Of a stretch of DNA of 64,000 nucleotides, positions 40,919 to 55,260 are shown piece after piece. Location: NCBI RefSeq assembly GCF_009914755.1, contig NC_060934.1; one strand, written 5' to 3'. Under the pieces are notes generated by a model that was not told the DNA's origin, did not search any database, and worked only from the letters and a program-made list of their open reading frames with translations. Numbering within the stretch: position 1 is the first letter of the stretch; each line of letters starts with the position of its first letter. The position numbers and the translations under genes are program-made. The stretch comes from the human T2T-CHM13v2.0 reference genome, Homo sapiens.

Positions 40919-43409
40919 CAGGCATACCTCAGAGATATTTCAGGTTTGGTTCCAGAACCCCACCATAAAGTGCATATCGCAATAAAATGAGTCACACAAA
41001 TTTTTTGGTTTCCTAGTGAATATAAAAGCTATGTTTATGCTGTACTGTAGTCTATTAAGTGTGCAGTAGCACTATGTCAAAGAAACAATGTGCTTATAAT
41101 TTAAAAATACTTTATTGCTAAAAAGTGCTCATGATCATCTGATCCTTTAGAGAATCACAATCTTTTTGCTGGTGTAGGGTCTTTCCTTGATGTTGATGGC
41201 TGCAGACAGATCAGGGTGGTGGTTGCTAAAAGTTGAGGTGACTGTGGCAATTTCTGAAAATAAGATAACAAGGATGTCTGCTGCATTGGTTGACTCTTTC
41301 ATGAAAGATTTCTCTATAGCATATGGTGTTGATTGATAGCATTTTATTCACAGTAGAACTTCTTTCAAAATTGAAGTCAATCCTCTCAAACTCTGCCACT
41401 GCTTCATCAAATAAGTTTATAAGTTTATGAAATATTCTAAATCATTTGTTATTATTTCAACAATATTCACAACATCTTCACCAGGAGAAGATTTTATCTC
41501 AAGAGACAACTTTCTCTGTTCATCCATAAGCAGCAACTCCTCATCCATTCAAGTTTGATCATGAGGTTGCAGCAATTCCATTCCATCTTCACACTCCATC
41601 TCTAATTCTAGTTCCCCGCTATTTCCACCACATCTTCAGTTACTTCCTCCACTGAAGTCTTGAACCTCTCAAAGTCATCCATGAGGGTTGGAATCAACTT
41701 CTTCCTAACTCCTATTAATGTTGATGTTTTGACTTCCTCTCATGAATCACGAATGTTCTTAGCAACATTTAGAATGGTGACTCTTACCTTAAAGGTTTTC
41801 AATTTACTTTGCCCAGATCCATCAAAGGAATTATTATCCAAGGCAGCATGAGACTTATAAAAGGTTTCCAATTTACTTTGCCCAGATCCATCAAAGGAAT
41901 TATCATCCAAGACAGCAAGAGACTTATAAAAGGTATTTCTTAAATAATACTCTTTGAAAGTCAAAATTATTCCCTGATTCATAGGCTGCAGAATGGATGC
42001 TTTGTTAGCAGGCATGAAAACAACATTAATCTCCATGTATATGTCCATCAGAGCTCTTGGGTGACCAGATGCATTATCAGTGAGCAGTAATACTTTGAAA
42101 GGAATCTTTTTTTAGCACTAGGACTCAACAGGAGGCTTAAAATGTCCAGTAAACCATGCTATAAACACATGTGCTATCATACAGGCTTTGCTGTTCCACT
42201 TACACAGCACAGGCAGAGTTGATTTAGCATCATTCTTAAGGGCCCCAGGATTTTCAGAATGGTAAATGAGCACTGGCTTCAACTTAAAGTCAGCAGCTGC
42301 ACTAGCCTCTAACAAGAGACTCAGCTTGTCCTTTGGAGCTTTGAGGCCAGGCATTGACTTCTCCTCTCTAGCTATGGGGGTCCTAGATGGCATCTTTTTC
42401 CACTAGAAGATTATTTAGTGTAAGTTAAAGTTCTGTTGTATAGTGTAACCACCTTCATCAATTATCTTAGCTAGATCTTCTGAATAACTTGTTGCAGCTT
42501 TTACATCATCACTTCCACTTCAAGCGTTGTGCTGTTTTACTTTGCACTTTTATGTTATGAAGATGGCTTCTTTCTGTAAACCTCATGAACCAACCTCTTC
42601 TACCTTCAACCTTTCCTTCTGCAGCTTCCTCCCTTCTTTCAGCCTTTGTAGAATTGAAAGGATCTAGGGCTTTACTCTGGATTAGGCTTTGACTTAAAGG
42701 GAATGTTGTGGATGGTTTGATCTTCTCTCCAGACCACTAAAATTTTCTCCATATCAGCAATAAGTCTGTTTTGGTTTCTTATCATTCATGTGTTCACTGG
42801 AGTAGCACTTTTCATTTTCTTCAAGAACTTTTCCTTTGCACTAACAACTTGGCTAGCTATTTGGCAAAAGAGGCCTAGCTTTCAACCTATTTCAGCTTTC
42901 AACATGCCTTCCTCATTAAGCTTTATCATTTTTATCTTTTGATTTCAAGTGAGATAAATGTGACTCTCTTTTACTTGAACACTTAGAGACCACTGTAGGG
43001 TTATTAATGGGTGAAATTTCAACTTTGATGTGTCTCAGGGAATAGGGAGGCCCACAGTAAGGGAGGGAAATAGAGAATGGCTGGTCAGTGAAGCGGTCAG
43101 GACATATTTATTGATTAAGTTTGTCAGATTCTATGGTTGTAGTTTGAAGGACCCCAAAACAATTACAGTAGTAACATCAAAGATCATGGATCACAGATCA
43201 CCATAATAGATATAATAATCATGAAAATGTTTAAAGATGTGGCAATAATTAACAAAATGTAACACAGAGACATGAAATGAGCACATGCTGTTGAAAAACA
43301 GAGCTCATAGACTTGCTTGAAACAGGGTTGCCACAAAACTTCAGTTTGTAAAAATCATAATATCTGCAAAGTGCAATAAAATGCAGTACAATAAAATGAG
43401 GTGTGCCTG
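40919..43409 (-). mobile_element. Full-length Tigger1 (pogo-like TcMar) DNA transposon, inactive
   Basis: TIRs CAGGCATACCTC (40919) and GAGGTGTGCCTG (ending 43409); TA on the left, CA on the right; about 2.49 kb; transposase fragments in ORFs 42118-42393 and 41740-42048. Confidence 0.96.
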
Positions 43410-43604
43410 CACTCTGTTGGATAATTAATTCTGTGAGAAAATAGAGAGGGAGAGAATTGGAATCCAATGATAATTATCTTATTCTTTGGAAATAGTGATC
43501 ACATTTTGACCTGCATGCTGGAAAGTTGAGAAAGGATAGCAGCAGCATAATTAAGTTAGCAATATTTTAATATGTGAGAGACATTTGTATAGTTTAAACA
43601 AAAA

Positions 43605-43950
43605 CTTTTTTTGTTGGCATATAATATACATAGAGAAAAGTGCACATATGGTCAATGTACAGCTTGATGAATAACTGAGCACACACAAGTTCTCTGCACA
43701 CAGATCAAGAAACAGAACACATCAGCAGTGTTTCAAAGCCCCCTCTAGTTCTTCCAATCACTATTCCCATACCCAAGGTAACCACTACTGTTACCTGTAA
43801 CAGCATAGGGTAGCTTTATCTGTTTTGGTACTTTACATAAACGCAATCATAAAGCATGTACTTTTGAGTCTCACTTATTTCTCATTTGACATCATGTTTT
43901 ACAAGATTCATCTATATTCTTGAGTGTAGTTGTAGAACTACATATTTCTC
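43605..43950 (-). mobile_element. Old L1M (L1MD/ME-like) 3' end
   Basis: ATAATATACATAGAGAAAAGTGCACA...GTACAGCTTGATGAA...CAGATCAAGAAACAGAACA. Confidence 0.7.
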
Positions 43951-45037
43951 ATCTCTGTCCCTCCCCATTTTCTCTCCCCACCACACCCAGGCACACACAT
44001 AGAATTAATCCCCCTCTTATTCAAATGATGGATCTACGTATGTACTTGGAAGTTCTTGATAAACTTCTTTTTTCATGTATTCCACAGCATGAATGACTCA
44101 GGAATTGCTAATGAAAATTTTCCTACAGTCTCTTTTCTTGGCGCTGGTAAATCTTAATCTTAGAATATTTTGCATTTTTAAAATCTATTCATGTACACAA
44201 CCAGCTCCAAGAAGGACACTGAGGTAATCATCTTTTTAAGTTGCCCTTGTTTTCAGCCCCAAATCCCTGACTTTTACTTAATCTCTCCAGGGCAGCCTTC
44301 TTTCTGTCTCTGGCCTTCAACTTAGAAAGCCAGCCCTACTCTAATGATTGTATTAAAAAAAACTTGGATAAACTACTTTACACCAAGGTGTTCATGCCTA
44401 AATCTTTATCTTTCCAAGGTATGGCCCCAGGACAGTGTTGTAACTTAGAGGACCAATTACTCTCTGATTACTCTCTAATGGGGTATCTTGTACAGATGCA
44501 TTTCTTGAGTTGTTCTGAGGTCCCACTATATTAAAGGACACTAAGAAACAGAGCTATCACACTCAATGCTGGTTTTACTATTAGAACATTATTGAAATTA
44601 CCATTTCACTATATCACAAGGTATTTTCTTTATGAGGGTCCATGGGGAAAGGGGAATGGTTCTGCTTCTTCTACATAACTTTATTTTAAAATGTGTTGTT
44701 ATTTAAGCAACTGAGCCTGCCCTCTTTGTTTCCCCCACCCTCTCTCACTCTGTCTCCCTCTCCCCTGCTGAAAATATAAAAAAGCATCAGAGACAAACAC
44801 TAATAAATTTCCAGAGACTAATAAGTTTCTAGGACTTCATAATTTGTATTTTTTCCCTACCTTTCTCACCCTTGGTTTCACATACTTTTTCTTTCATTCT
44901 GTTTTCAAATATTTTTTTCTTTTTTTAATCTTGATAAATTTAGGGAAAATACAGATTAACTCAATAAAATATACTATTTCTTAAAGAAAAAATTTTAATC
45001 ACTGACACTAAGTTAGGCTGGCCAAGAGAGGAAAATG

Positions 45038-45383
45038 CAGTCATGTGGCGCTTAGCGACAGGAATAGGTTCTGAGAAATGCATCATTAGGCAATTTTGTC
45101 ATTGTGCGAACATCACAGAGTGTACTTACATAAACCTAGATGACAGTCTACTACACACCTAGGCTATATGGTATAGGCTATTGCTGTTAGGCTAGGAACT
45201 TACTTGTATAGCAAGTTACTGTATAGAATGCTGTAGGCATTTGTAACACAATGGTATTTGTGTAGCTACGCATATCTAAACATAGAAAAGGTAGGATAAA
45301 AACACAATATCATAACTTGTGGGATCACCATCATATATGTAGTCCCTCATTGGCCACAACATTGTTATTGTAGTGCATCACTG
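45038..45383 (+). mobile_element. Tigger3a (Golem/MER7)-like MITE
   Basis: CAGTCATG...GTTCTGAGAAATGCATCATTAGGCAATTTTGTCATTGTGCGAACATC...GTGCATCACTG; 346 bp with decayed TIRs. Confidence 0.88.
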
Positions 45384-46489
45384 TATATTTTAGGGAGAGG
45401 GCTCTTCTCGAAATTCTCAAATTATGCCCACTTGGTGAACTGTGATCAGACAGACTGAAAAACCTGGTAGTTGAGGCATCGTATAACATAGTACCATGTA
45501 CAAAGAAAGTTTTAATAAAGCTTTTCTGAATGCATTGACCAAAGATATTTTCCAACAAGCAAAATGGACAGAATGGGGAGAATGTCTAGGAAATATCTAG
45601 ATCAAGGATAGGATAAAAGACAAATGCACTTGCGTAACAACATGGAGATGCGTTTTTAAGAGAGCAGACCTGTTACTACATGTGTTATGTGACACTTTGT
45701 GACAACTGACCGATTCTTATTTTCAATGCTCTCAATTAAAGATCTACTCGGGAAGATTTTATTAATGTGTTATTTATCTAAGAGTCATTGATTTATGGAG
45801 CTTAACCATAAGATATAGCATGGCTCATTTTCATTATAAAATTTATATCTACAGGAAGAATACCACAAGGACATGGGGTGTTCTATCCTGGACTGGTAAA
45901 CCACATATGCAATCACACCAACTGATGAAATTGAACATATTAAATGATAACAATCTGTTATTTGCTCCCTTCATTCCTATGATCCTATTAAAATGAAGTA
46001 AAAAAAATCCCAGAAACTCAATGTGAATCCATAAATCATAACATAAAGCAGTCCAATATAATACTTCAGTGAAATGTTCTTTTCAGTAAAAGAGAGGGAG
46101 GAGAAGGTGTCAAGTGTGGGTCTCTTAATTAGGCTTTGTATTAATTTTGAGAACAAAGACATAATTCCAGATCAGATAAATTATAATTGTGTTATTTTTT
46201 TCTTTGCTGTTAAAGCTATTTGATTAGGAGACTCTGGAAAAAGCATGTAATCTTGCAAACAAATATAACAAATTTATTGTCAAACATTAGCAAAAATTTA
46301 TAATCTGCATTGATAACATTCCTAAAGTATTCAATGGAGCCATTCAGCAATATGAAAGAATGCAGGCAAATTTCTATGATTAGTATTTATTCAAATATAT
46401 ATTTTGCCAAATCAATAATAAATTTACTGAGAAACTATCAGTTGTGGAAATATTATGATAAACATCCCCTTTAAAAATCACTATGGCCA

Positions 46490-46825
<336 letters not shown>

Positions 46826-48302
46826 TTAGGTTGAAAACATCCAGTCTGCAGTGAGTATAGGATTAAACATGATTGGAGTACCACTACGTATGTTTCAAAT
46901 GCTTATAGTATGTGAAAATTAAAGTCCATTTTCTTATGCTTGGCAAATACCAGCAGACTTGCTAGACACAGGCAGCAGCCTCCAATTTCACAGGGCTTGT
47001 GTTCCCAATGCACACCTAAAAGGATAGCTTTCTCACATGTTTTGTGATTCTAACAATGTGAGCAGAGAGGAATGGATACTGTAACTATGAAATGGAAAAG
47101 CTCTAGATTTCTGAGTGGTTCAGAATCACGGGCCTAAAGCCAGACATTAAATAGAAAACTTGTCACTTCACAGCTCAGAAAGTTCTAACATCTCCCCATG
47201 ACTTAACACAATCTGGGCTCAACCTAGTCTTTCTGTTTCTCTATGCAATTACTCTTAATACCAATATGCTCCAACAAAACCATGATTTACCACTCTTTGA
47301 ACGTCTCCTTCAGGGTCTATCTCTAATTTGCTCAAATTATTTCTTCTGCCTGGAACATTGCTTTTTGACAAATTATATTTTATAACCAAATTTAACTCTT
47401 ACATAAACTATTTTCTGATACAACCAAAAGCATTTTTCTTCCCCATTCAACTCTAATTGTATATTATTATTATTTTACTTCTATAGCCATTAAAATTTTC
47501 TAACTTGAATTATATTTACTTATATCTATAATTATCTTCCTTTCAGGGAAATTTTACAGGGAGGAAAAAATCTTACATTTTTTTTGTATCCTAAACATGC
47601 TTAAGGCAGGTTTTGAGATATACTATATGTTTAATAAATGTCTGTTTAAAGAATCATATGTGAATACATGAATGTCACACTTGTGAGAGTCTCACTGAGA
47701 CTCTAGTATATTAAACAAAAGATCCTTATTTCCCTATCTTTGTCAAAATATGTATGATATTTGAGATTTAGTTCATATCATAAAACATTGCATTTAATAT
47801 ATTTTATATATTTTTAATAAATGTTTACCATTTTCAGTTATGTGAATGGCTCCATACAGCAAAAGAACCATTAGAAATATAAAAGCATCATCCTATGAAG
47901 TATAAAATTACTCCTGAATTATAAGCAACCTTTGTAGCTACATGCAAAACATTTATTCAGCTGCAACTATTTAATCCTTACAAAAACAAAAAAGCATGAG
48001 TTCATATAAGGGCCACACTGTGTGAGGGGCATAGAGAGAGATTTTAGAGGCTTTGCACAGTGCAGGGAGTTTGGTCTTAACCCATTTTATAGGTAAAGAA
48101 ATTGAGGTGTAATCACATGAGACAGAATTTGAATTCTGATCTGTCGGATTCAGCACCTCTCTTGTCACTGTGCAGAAACTCCCTTTGAATGCTAGATTTC
48201 CTCTGAATAGATGGTATGCTTATTTAAATACAAGACAAGTCATTTTGCCTTGCTGCACTGTATTTATCACAAGGCTATTGCCAGCTTTTTCTTTAACATT
48301 AA

Positions 48303-48304
<2 letters not shown>

Positions 48305-48334
<30 letters not shown>
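48305..48334. repeat. (AC)15 microsatellite
   Basis: Directly visible. Confidence 0.97.
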
Positions 48335-48336
<2 letters not shown>

Positions 48337-48338
48337 TC

Positions 48339-48631
48339 TTTTTTTTTTTTTAAGACAGAGTCTTGCTCTGTCACCTGGAGTGCTGGAGTGGCGTGATCTT
48401 GGTTCACTGCAACCTCTGCCTCCTGGGTTCAAGCGATTCTCCTGCCTCAGCCTCCTGAGTAGCTGGGATTATAGGCATGCACCACCACCCCTGGCCAATT
48501 TTTGTATTTTTAGTAGAGATGGGGTTTCACCATGTTGGCCAGGCTGGTCTCAAACTCCTGACCTCAGATGATCCATCCGCCTCTGCCTCCCAGAGTGCTG
48601 GGATTACAGGCATAAGCCACCATGCCCAGCC
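48339..48631 (-). mobile_element. AluSx-like element
   Basis: Antisense full-length Alu after a poly-T run. Confidence 0.96.
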
Positions 48632-51029
48632 CAACACCATATCTTTTAAATGGCTTACTATGTTTGAGGCATTGCAATAATGTGTCCCTTAACGTATTTA
48701 ATTCTTACGACAAATCTATGAGATAGGTACTGTTTACTCATATTCCGGATAGGGAAACTGGGCATAGAAATTTTAAGTAATATATTGAAGATCACAGAGA
48801 TAGGGCATGAAATGGAATTTGAACCCAAGTCTTTCTTGCTCCTGAATCCAAATTCTTAACCACACTATTGGCTTTTGTTCCTCTCCATTAATCCTGAATG
48901 TGATTTATTTTTTTCCCAAAAAGGAAACTGGATTACTTGACCTGCTGTTTGTTCAGAATATTTATTTTAGCATGTGAAACATTTAATACTACACTGGGAA
49001 GGGATCTAGAGGACAGAAAGTGGAGGTAGGGGATGCATACAGAGATAGGCTCATCTCACCTGGCCTGATTAAGTTGTTTACATTTTTCAGAAAGCCCATC
49101 TCCAAGTCCAGCCCTAAAATAACAGTGAACCTTCATCTTTAATGGACATAAGACCCTGTCTCAGAACTCTTTAGATAAACAGAGCACTTTTCAGAGAGGG
49201 AGCTAGTGACCTTGACAAATTGGCTGGCTTTCCTCTCATTCCAGATCCGTGACATTCAGCAGCTAAGCCTAATATGGGAAACAAGTCAATATTTTCCAGC
49301 ATGCTGGGTCCATTTTCTCCCCCCAATATTTTTAAGCATAAGACAGGTGCAGAAATCACGTCAACCACCACTGGAGGGGTGTACAGCAGCTGTCACACAG
49401 CCACACAGTGGCAAAAGTCTTTGCTAAGATCCAAAATGAAAAGAATACTCATTGTAATTGAAACTATGCAGGGGACAAAGCTTCCCAGATGCATACAAAA
49501 GTTCTGAGGCTTTGAAAAGAGACAGATGTCACTTTTACACTCAATCTAAGAGCTACTACCTTTCAACAGCTCATCAGGAGGTAAAATCAAATCTTCAGAG
49601 ACAAAAGACATAAGCAACACATCTGTAGCAGCCAGAAAGTAAATTTTTTAAGCTACGAAGGGCCTTGGAGACGATTCAGGGTATGCCGTCTTGTTTTTCA
49701 TTTGATGACATTAGGATATCATACCTAATGGAAAAATTAATTGTGTGTGTATTTATGTGTGTGTGTGTGGATGCACGCACACATGCATGTGCATCATGAT
49801 GATGTACTACTTAAGCAATAATGGGCCATTATAGAAGGTAAATCAATTAATTCTAAGTTGACATTGTCATAGTCAGGTAAATTGAGGATCTCTCTGAAAA
49901 TCCATTTTCCTTTATAATCTGACTTGCAATTATTATCAATGTACCCATTATTTACAGCCAGGGACTCTTCTGCTTGGTTAGTGCTTATGTCCTACTAGTT
50001 GTTAAATATTTTGAAAATTAGCCCTGCTTGTAATTTATTATATAATTTCAACAATTTTAAGATAAGCCTGATACAAAAACAGGTTCTTCCCTGGTTAGCT
50101 AACCTAAGAGTCAAAAGCCAGCACAGTAGTGTTACAGCCGTTCAGAATGCAAGGTATCCTTTGAAATACTTCCACAGAAGACCTCCAAGTAGTTTTCAAA
50201 AACCTGGAGCTATTAATATGATTCCCACTATGTTCTTTACCTTCCACTGAAGAAAACAGAGCCTACTGAGAAACAACTCTAGTGTACAGAGAAACCAACC
50301 AGCAAAACCAAGTGGAAGTTTCTATTCAGGTCTGACCTCGGTTATCTTAATCATAAACCTGACCCAGTTGAGCCTCGCTGATGGGCTCATAACTTAGTTC
50401 CCTCAAGATCTTTCTGACTTTTGTGTAAGCAACACACAAATCAATCCAGCATATCACTTCTGATATCACAGAAAAGTAATTCTTATGAAGAAGGAAATCA
50501 TTAATTGTCTTTGAATGTGCACCCACCAATAATTCAAGTTATTAAAGACAAAAATCTTCCCTAGTAAATGCTCACTGCCGGTTGTCTGAAATGAGAGAGT
50601 TGAAAATGAATACATGAATCAAGGAGGTTTATTTTAAGATTTTCCATATTTTGATCAAATGGTGATGATTACATTACATTTTTTTTCTGTACTTTCCCAA
50701 CAAAGAATAAGTCATACCATCATGTTCTTCCAGAAAGACTCTTTGCTTGAAACAGTCTTACTGGCACACCATAGTTAGTTATGACTCATGGGTTTTGTTT
50801 TTTTCTAAGATAGCTATAAACTTCAAAGATACATTACCTTATAAAAATAATAAATATTGCTTAGAGAATTTCATCTATTTTCTACATAATAATTTTATCT
50901 TTGAAACTTAAAATAGATATCATCCAGATTGTGCTTCTGATATGTTTTATGACATGCTGACACTGTCCTCCTAAGATAATATTAGATGATATAAGTTTTA
51001 TTTTTTTAAAAATTAGCCCAAGGCTTTGT

Positions 51030-51255
51030 AGGCCAGGTTCTAGAGACACTGGTCAGTTCAAATCTCAACCAGAAGAGCTATGTGACCTTGGAAAAATAAC
51101 CCACCCATTCTGAACCTTCATTTCCTCTGCTATAAAATCAGGATAATAATAAAATCTATCTCAAAAGGTTGTTAAGACTATCACAGAAGTTTTGAAATAC
51201 AAAATAATTAGAACAAAGCTGGTGCATAGTAAGTGCTCGCAAATACTAGCTGTTA
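51030..51255 (+). mobile_element. MIR
   Basis: GCTATGTGACCTTGG...TTTCCTCTGCTATAAAAT...GCATAGTAAGTGCTC. Confidence 0.65.
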
Positions 51256-54200
51256 CTTCCATTCTGGATATGTACATCATAATTCCTAACTTAAAATGCT
51301 GGTCAAAAATAAAATTTATGCCTCTACTAGTCAGTAAATCCAGCCTCTTCTAAACATAAAATATTTATTTAAAATAAAGTTTCTAGTATGAAATTTGAAA
51401 TATATAGATTTTTCTTAATACATTTCAGTATCTGCTTTTATAAATTGAATGTAACCATATAGTATTTGACAGACAAATGTGAATCATGTTGTAAACCATA
51501 TATTTGAAACTTATCTTAAATTTGTTCTGTGTCTAGTTAAACTAATTTAAAAATCAAGGTTGCTGCTTCTTGAGCTCCTTTTGCAGGGCTCCTCAGTGAC
51601 TGCAGAGGAGAAATAAAAACGCTTAAAATAGCGAAAATAATGTGACAACATTCAGGCAAAGGCAAGGCTACTATGTACAGGAGAGCATGTTGTGCACTAC
51701 ACGGTCCCGCAATGGATTACAATATTAATGCTGACCTCTTAGGGCAAACTGTAGGCACTGGTCATGCCCCATGGATGAATATGAATACATAAACTTAGCT
51801 TCAGTTAAAATTATGTCAAATTGTTAACAGAAGGAAAATGAGGTTTAAAGTCCATTGAAAATTATTTTTAGATAAATTTGGATTAAAATCCAATGTGCTA
51901 GCAGGCCTCAAAATGTTAAGTGATTTCCTGAGAAACTGTCACAGCCCAGGTATACCCTTCCTTGGCGGAATCGACTGCTACTTTTTCTTTTTTAATTGCT
52001 GAATTGTTCAAGTCTTTCCCACAAAAGGCTGATTATTATAGGCCTTGGGCTACAAGTAGAGAAATTACTGGACTAGACCTGGAGCTGTGGATTCTGGCCT
52101 AAACACTGTCATTGGCTTGTAATGTAATTTTGTGCAGTTTTCTCATATATAAAATGGAAGTAATAAGCTCAGATCTCAATTAGGAAAAGTACCAAGATAC
52201 TAGACGTAAACATGCTTTGGAAAACATTGGAGCACATTAACATATATAGCATTATCAAAGTCTTTCCAAATTTCTTATCATATAATACATGGTAAACAAC
52301 AAAATAGTAGGAAGACTTCCTCTAACCTCTGAAAAGTCAGAAACTTTTCCTAGGTGCCTTTGGTATTTTCTAATCTTACTCTGAGTATTGTTTCCCTGAA
52401 AAGATCCATTTTATTCTGACTCAGGTACAATATAAGACAGGAAAATGGATGTTATATACATAGATCATCAATAGAGAATAGGAAGAAAAAGATAACGATT
52501 ATTTTGTGGTATCATTGTATCATGACTCTGAATAATATCTATCAATTACTGATTACTCACTATGTACCAAGCCCAGTAGGCACTATAGAAATGTATAATA
52601 TCTTATTCTCACAATCACCCTATGATGTAGGTGATAAAATACATTCCAAATGACAATGCCAATTCAGTAAAATTAATCATCTTGCATGACAGTATGCATC
52701 TAAGAAGTCGAGGGAGACAGAATTCAGGCACTTATCTGTTTGGCTCCAAAGCCTACATTAATTCCAGTTTTCCTCATTGCCTCTCATAACAGCTGGCACA
52801 GAGTAGACACTCAATAAATGTTGGATGAATGGATATATGGATAGACACACGACTGCATGACTTCTGGGAATTAGAATTTATAAGAGCAAGACTGAGGCCA
52901 CCTATCTAGACTGTCACAAACTGGAGATCAGCCTCCATTGTTCTTCCTCTTCTGTAATTTGAAAACCCTAGGTTACAAGAGTTTCTTCATTGATGGTATA
53001 AACATTACCCATTCTCCTAGTATTTCTGCCTTCACAGATGAGGGATTTCAAATTCTTGGAGCCCATTGTGTCTCACCTTCATCACCAAGATCTGACTGGG
53101 GGGTATCTTTCTCTAGTGACGCTACAACATGGCATTTGGAAATTTGCTTAGGCAAAATTTAGTCATTCTGGTCATGGAGTAGTGCTCTGCCAGAAAGGGG
53201 TGCTCAAATCTAACTTGCAGAGCCTTTAAGGGAATTCTGCAGAAGCTGACAAAAATATTAAGACCCTAGAGCTATGGCATTTGGTTTTGTTCTTGTGCAT
53301 TTTGCAAAGGTACCTGACCACCCAAGGAAGAAGAACCTTTTTGCTTGTTAGCCTTCATATTTCCTACATGTGGGGGCTGCATCTGCCCAAAGAGTTCCTC
53401 TTTTTCTAATTAACACAAAGGTGATGGATAGGCCAGTGGCTGTCTTGTGCAAATCTAGGATGCGTTTCAATAAGCCAGACCCAGCAAATGATTCTCAAGC
53501 TTAGTAAGGTTTGAAAACCACTGGTAAGAGTTTTGGGAGCACAGGGGATTCTTCCCAAGGGAAGTGGGAGTAAATTGAGCCTTAATGAGTAGGCATTGCT
53601 TGCTATCTTGTTAATGTATTGACCCTGTAAAACCAACTGATATCCAGAGTTAACTGGCTTGCAGAGCTTGGGCTGAGAATCTTTGCAAGTTATTGTCATC
53701 CAGGCAATAAACAATAATTACATTATTTCTACTCCTTAGCAAGGAGGAGGCAAGCTTTGCAGGCAGCTAGTAAGAGTTGTCAGTTCCCTCCAGTGAAATG
53801 TTCTCTGCAAAAAGTCAATAGTCAAAAGGCATAATGCTGTCATTTCAGAGTGAAATTAATTCCTCTTATTATTTTTACCTGTTGCTCTGTTTTCCTGCAG
53901 AGTAAATCTCAGTATTCTGACTGTGTTTAAAAGCATCTGTATTTTTCCAAAGTGGTTGCTTAACTGATTTCAACTGAATTTGGCAAATCACACTCTAAGA
54001 GGAGCCAGAAAACTGATGCAGTGACAGGCTCAACAGTAACCAATATTCCGTTTAATCCTAACCCTTAGGAGATCTGGCAAGGGCCTCATCCTCCTACGGG
54101 ACAAAAAGAGTTTAGAAGCTTTTTGGGGAAATTATGTAGTAAGTGCACAGCAAAAAGAATGCCTAATGGCTTTGCTTTGGGGAAAGAAAACTAGTGGTAA

Positions 54201-54586
54201 TAAAACCATGGAATGTAGAAGATAATTCAAAAGGGAAAAGTGGACAAACAGCCATAATGCTACCTAGCTCTGTCTAAATTGAATTCATGACATGTATCTA
54301 TCACACATTTCCTGACAAACCATCTCCTGATGGGAAATAGAGAATAAACAGGTTATGTGAAGTCTTTAGTATAATGTTTTCTTTCTTGGTCAATAGGACC
54401 AACTTTATCAAAGATATCTCCCACAGTCTGGCTTCACCAAGTAAATCAAAAGAAGTGAGATGTAATCTTTTATTATCATTTTTTCCTAAATTTACTATTT
54501 GCTCATTTATTAAATTGAAAGAATACATTTATTCCACAGTAGAAATGAGAGACAAGTAAAAAATACTTTAGAAGAAATATATCCAG

Positions 54587-54679
54587 AATATGTGTGTGTA
54601 TATATATGCATATATATATATATGCATATATATATATGCATATATATATATGCATATATATATATGCATATATATATGT
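54587..54679. repeat. (TG)n + [TGCA(TA)n] palindromic tandem array
   Basis: Directly visible; five TGCA centres separated by (TA)4-6. Confidence 0.95.
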
Positions 54680-54794
54680 TTGATCCTGAAGGAAGATTAC
54701 AAAGTTTTCTTGTACTCTTGGGCATAGTGGGAAGGACATTAGAATAGGGTAAAGAGTCCTGGGTCCCAGTCCCAGCACTGGTGCTTACCAGAGC

Positions 54795-55260
54795 TGTGCC
54801 AGTCTGGATTCTGTCAGGAAACAGATGATACACTCAAAAGGAGTGACTCAAGAAAGTTAATCCAGCAAACCTTTGCAAAAATGTAGGCCGACTTAGGGGG
54901 AGCTGGCAAGGATGGTGAAACATGGGGACAGCATCAGCAGGATGGCATCACCATCCTAAGGCAGAAGACAAGGGGAAAATTTGCTAGAACTGCTGAAAAG
55001 TGTGCTTACAGGAGATGGTCACCAGCATTGCAGCCACTACTAAGCTAGGCCTGAAGGGAGCCAGAGAAATTAGAGTTCTCCTTTCTCTCTCCTTCTGCCA
55101 CCTGGACTTACGCATATGAACCCTACATATGGCCAAATGCAACCAGAAGCAGTGAGAGGGCCCTCTGAAGCATTTCATAAAGGTGAGCCTCTGTGGCCTG
55201 GAGCAGGGTACAGAGGAAGGGTACATAGAACTAGAGGGGCCAAAAGCAGTTATTGAACAC
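54795..55260 (-). mobile_element. Old MaLR LTR (MLT1K/L-like)
   Basis: TGTGCCAGTC...CAGGAAACAGATGATACACTCAAA...GGCCAAATGCAACCAGAAGC resembles old MLT1 LTRs. Confidence 0.55.

Noticed and set aside
41740-42393. Transposase ORFs as a domesticated TIGD-type gene
   Set aside because: Fragmented reading frame inside an ordinary Tigger1 with TIRs.
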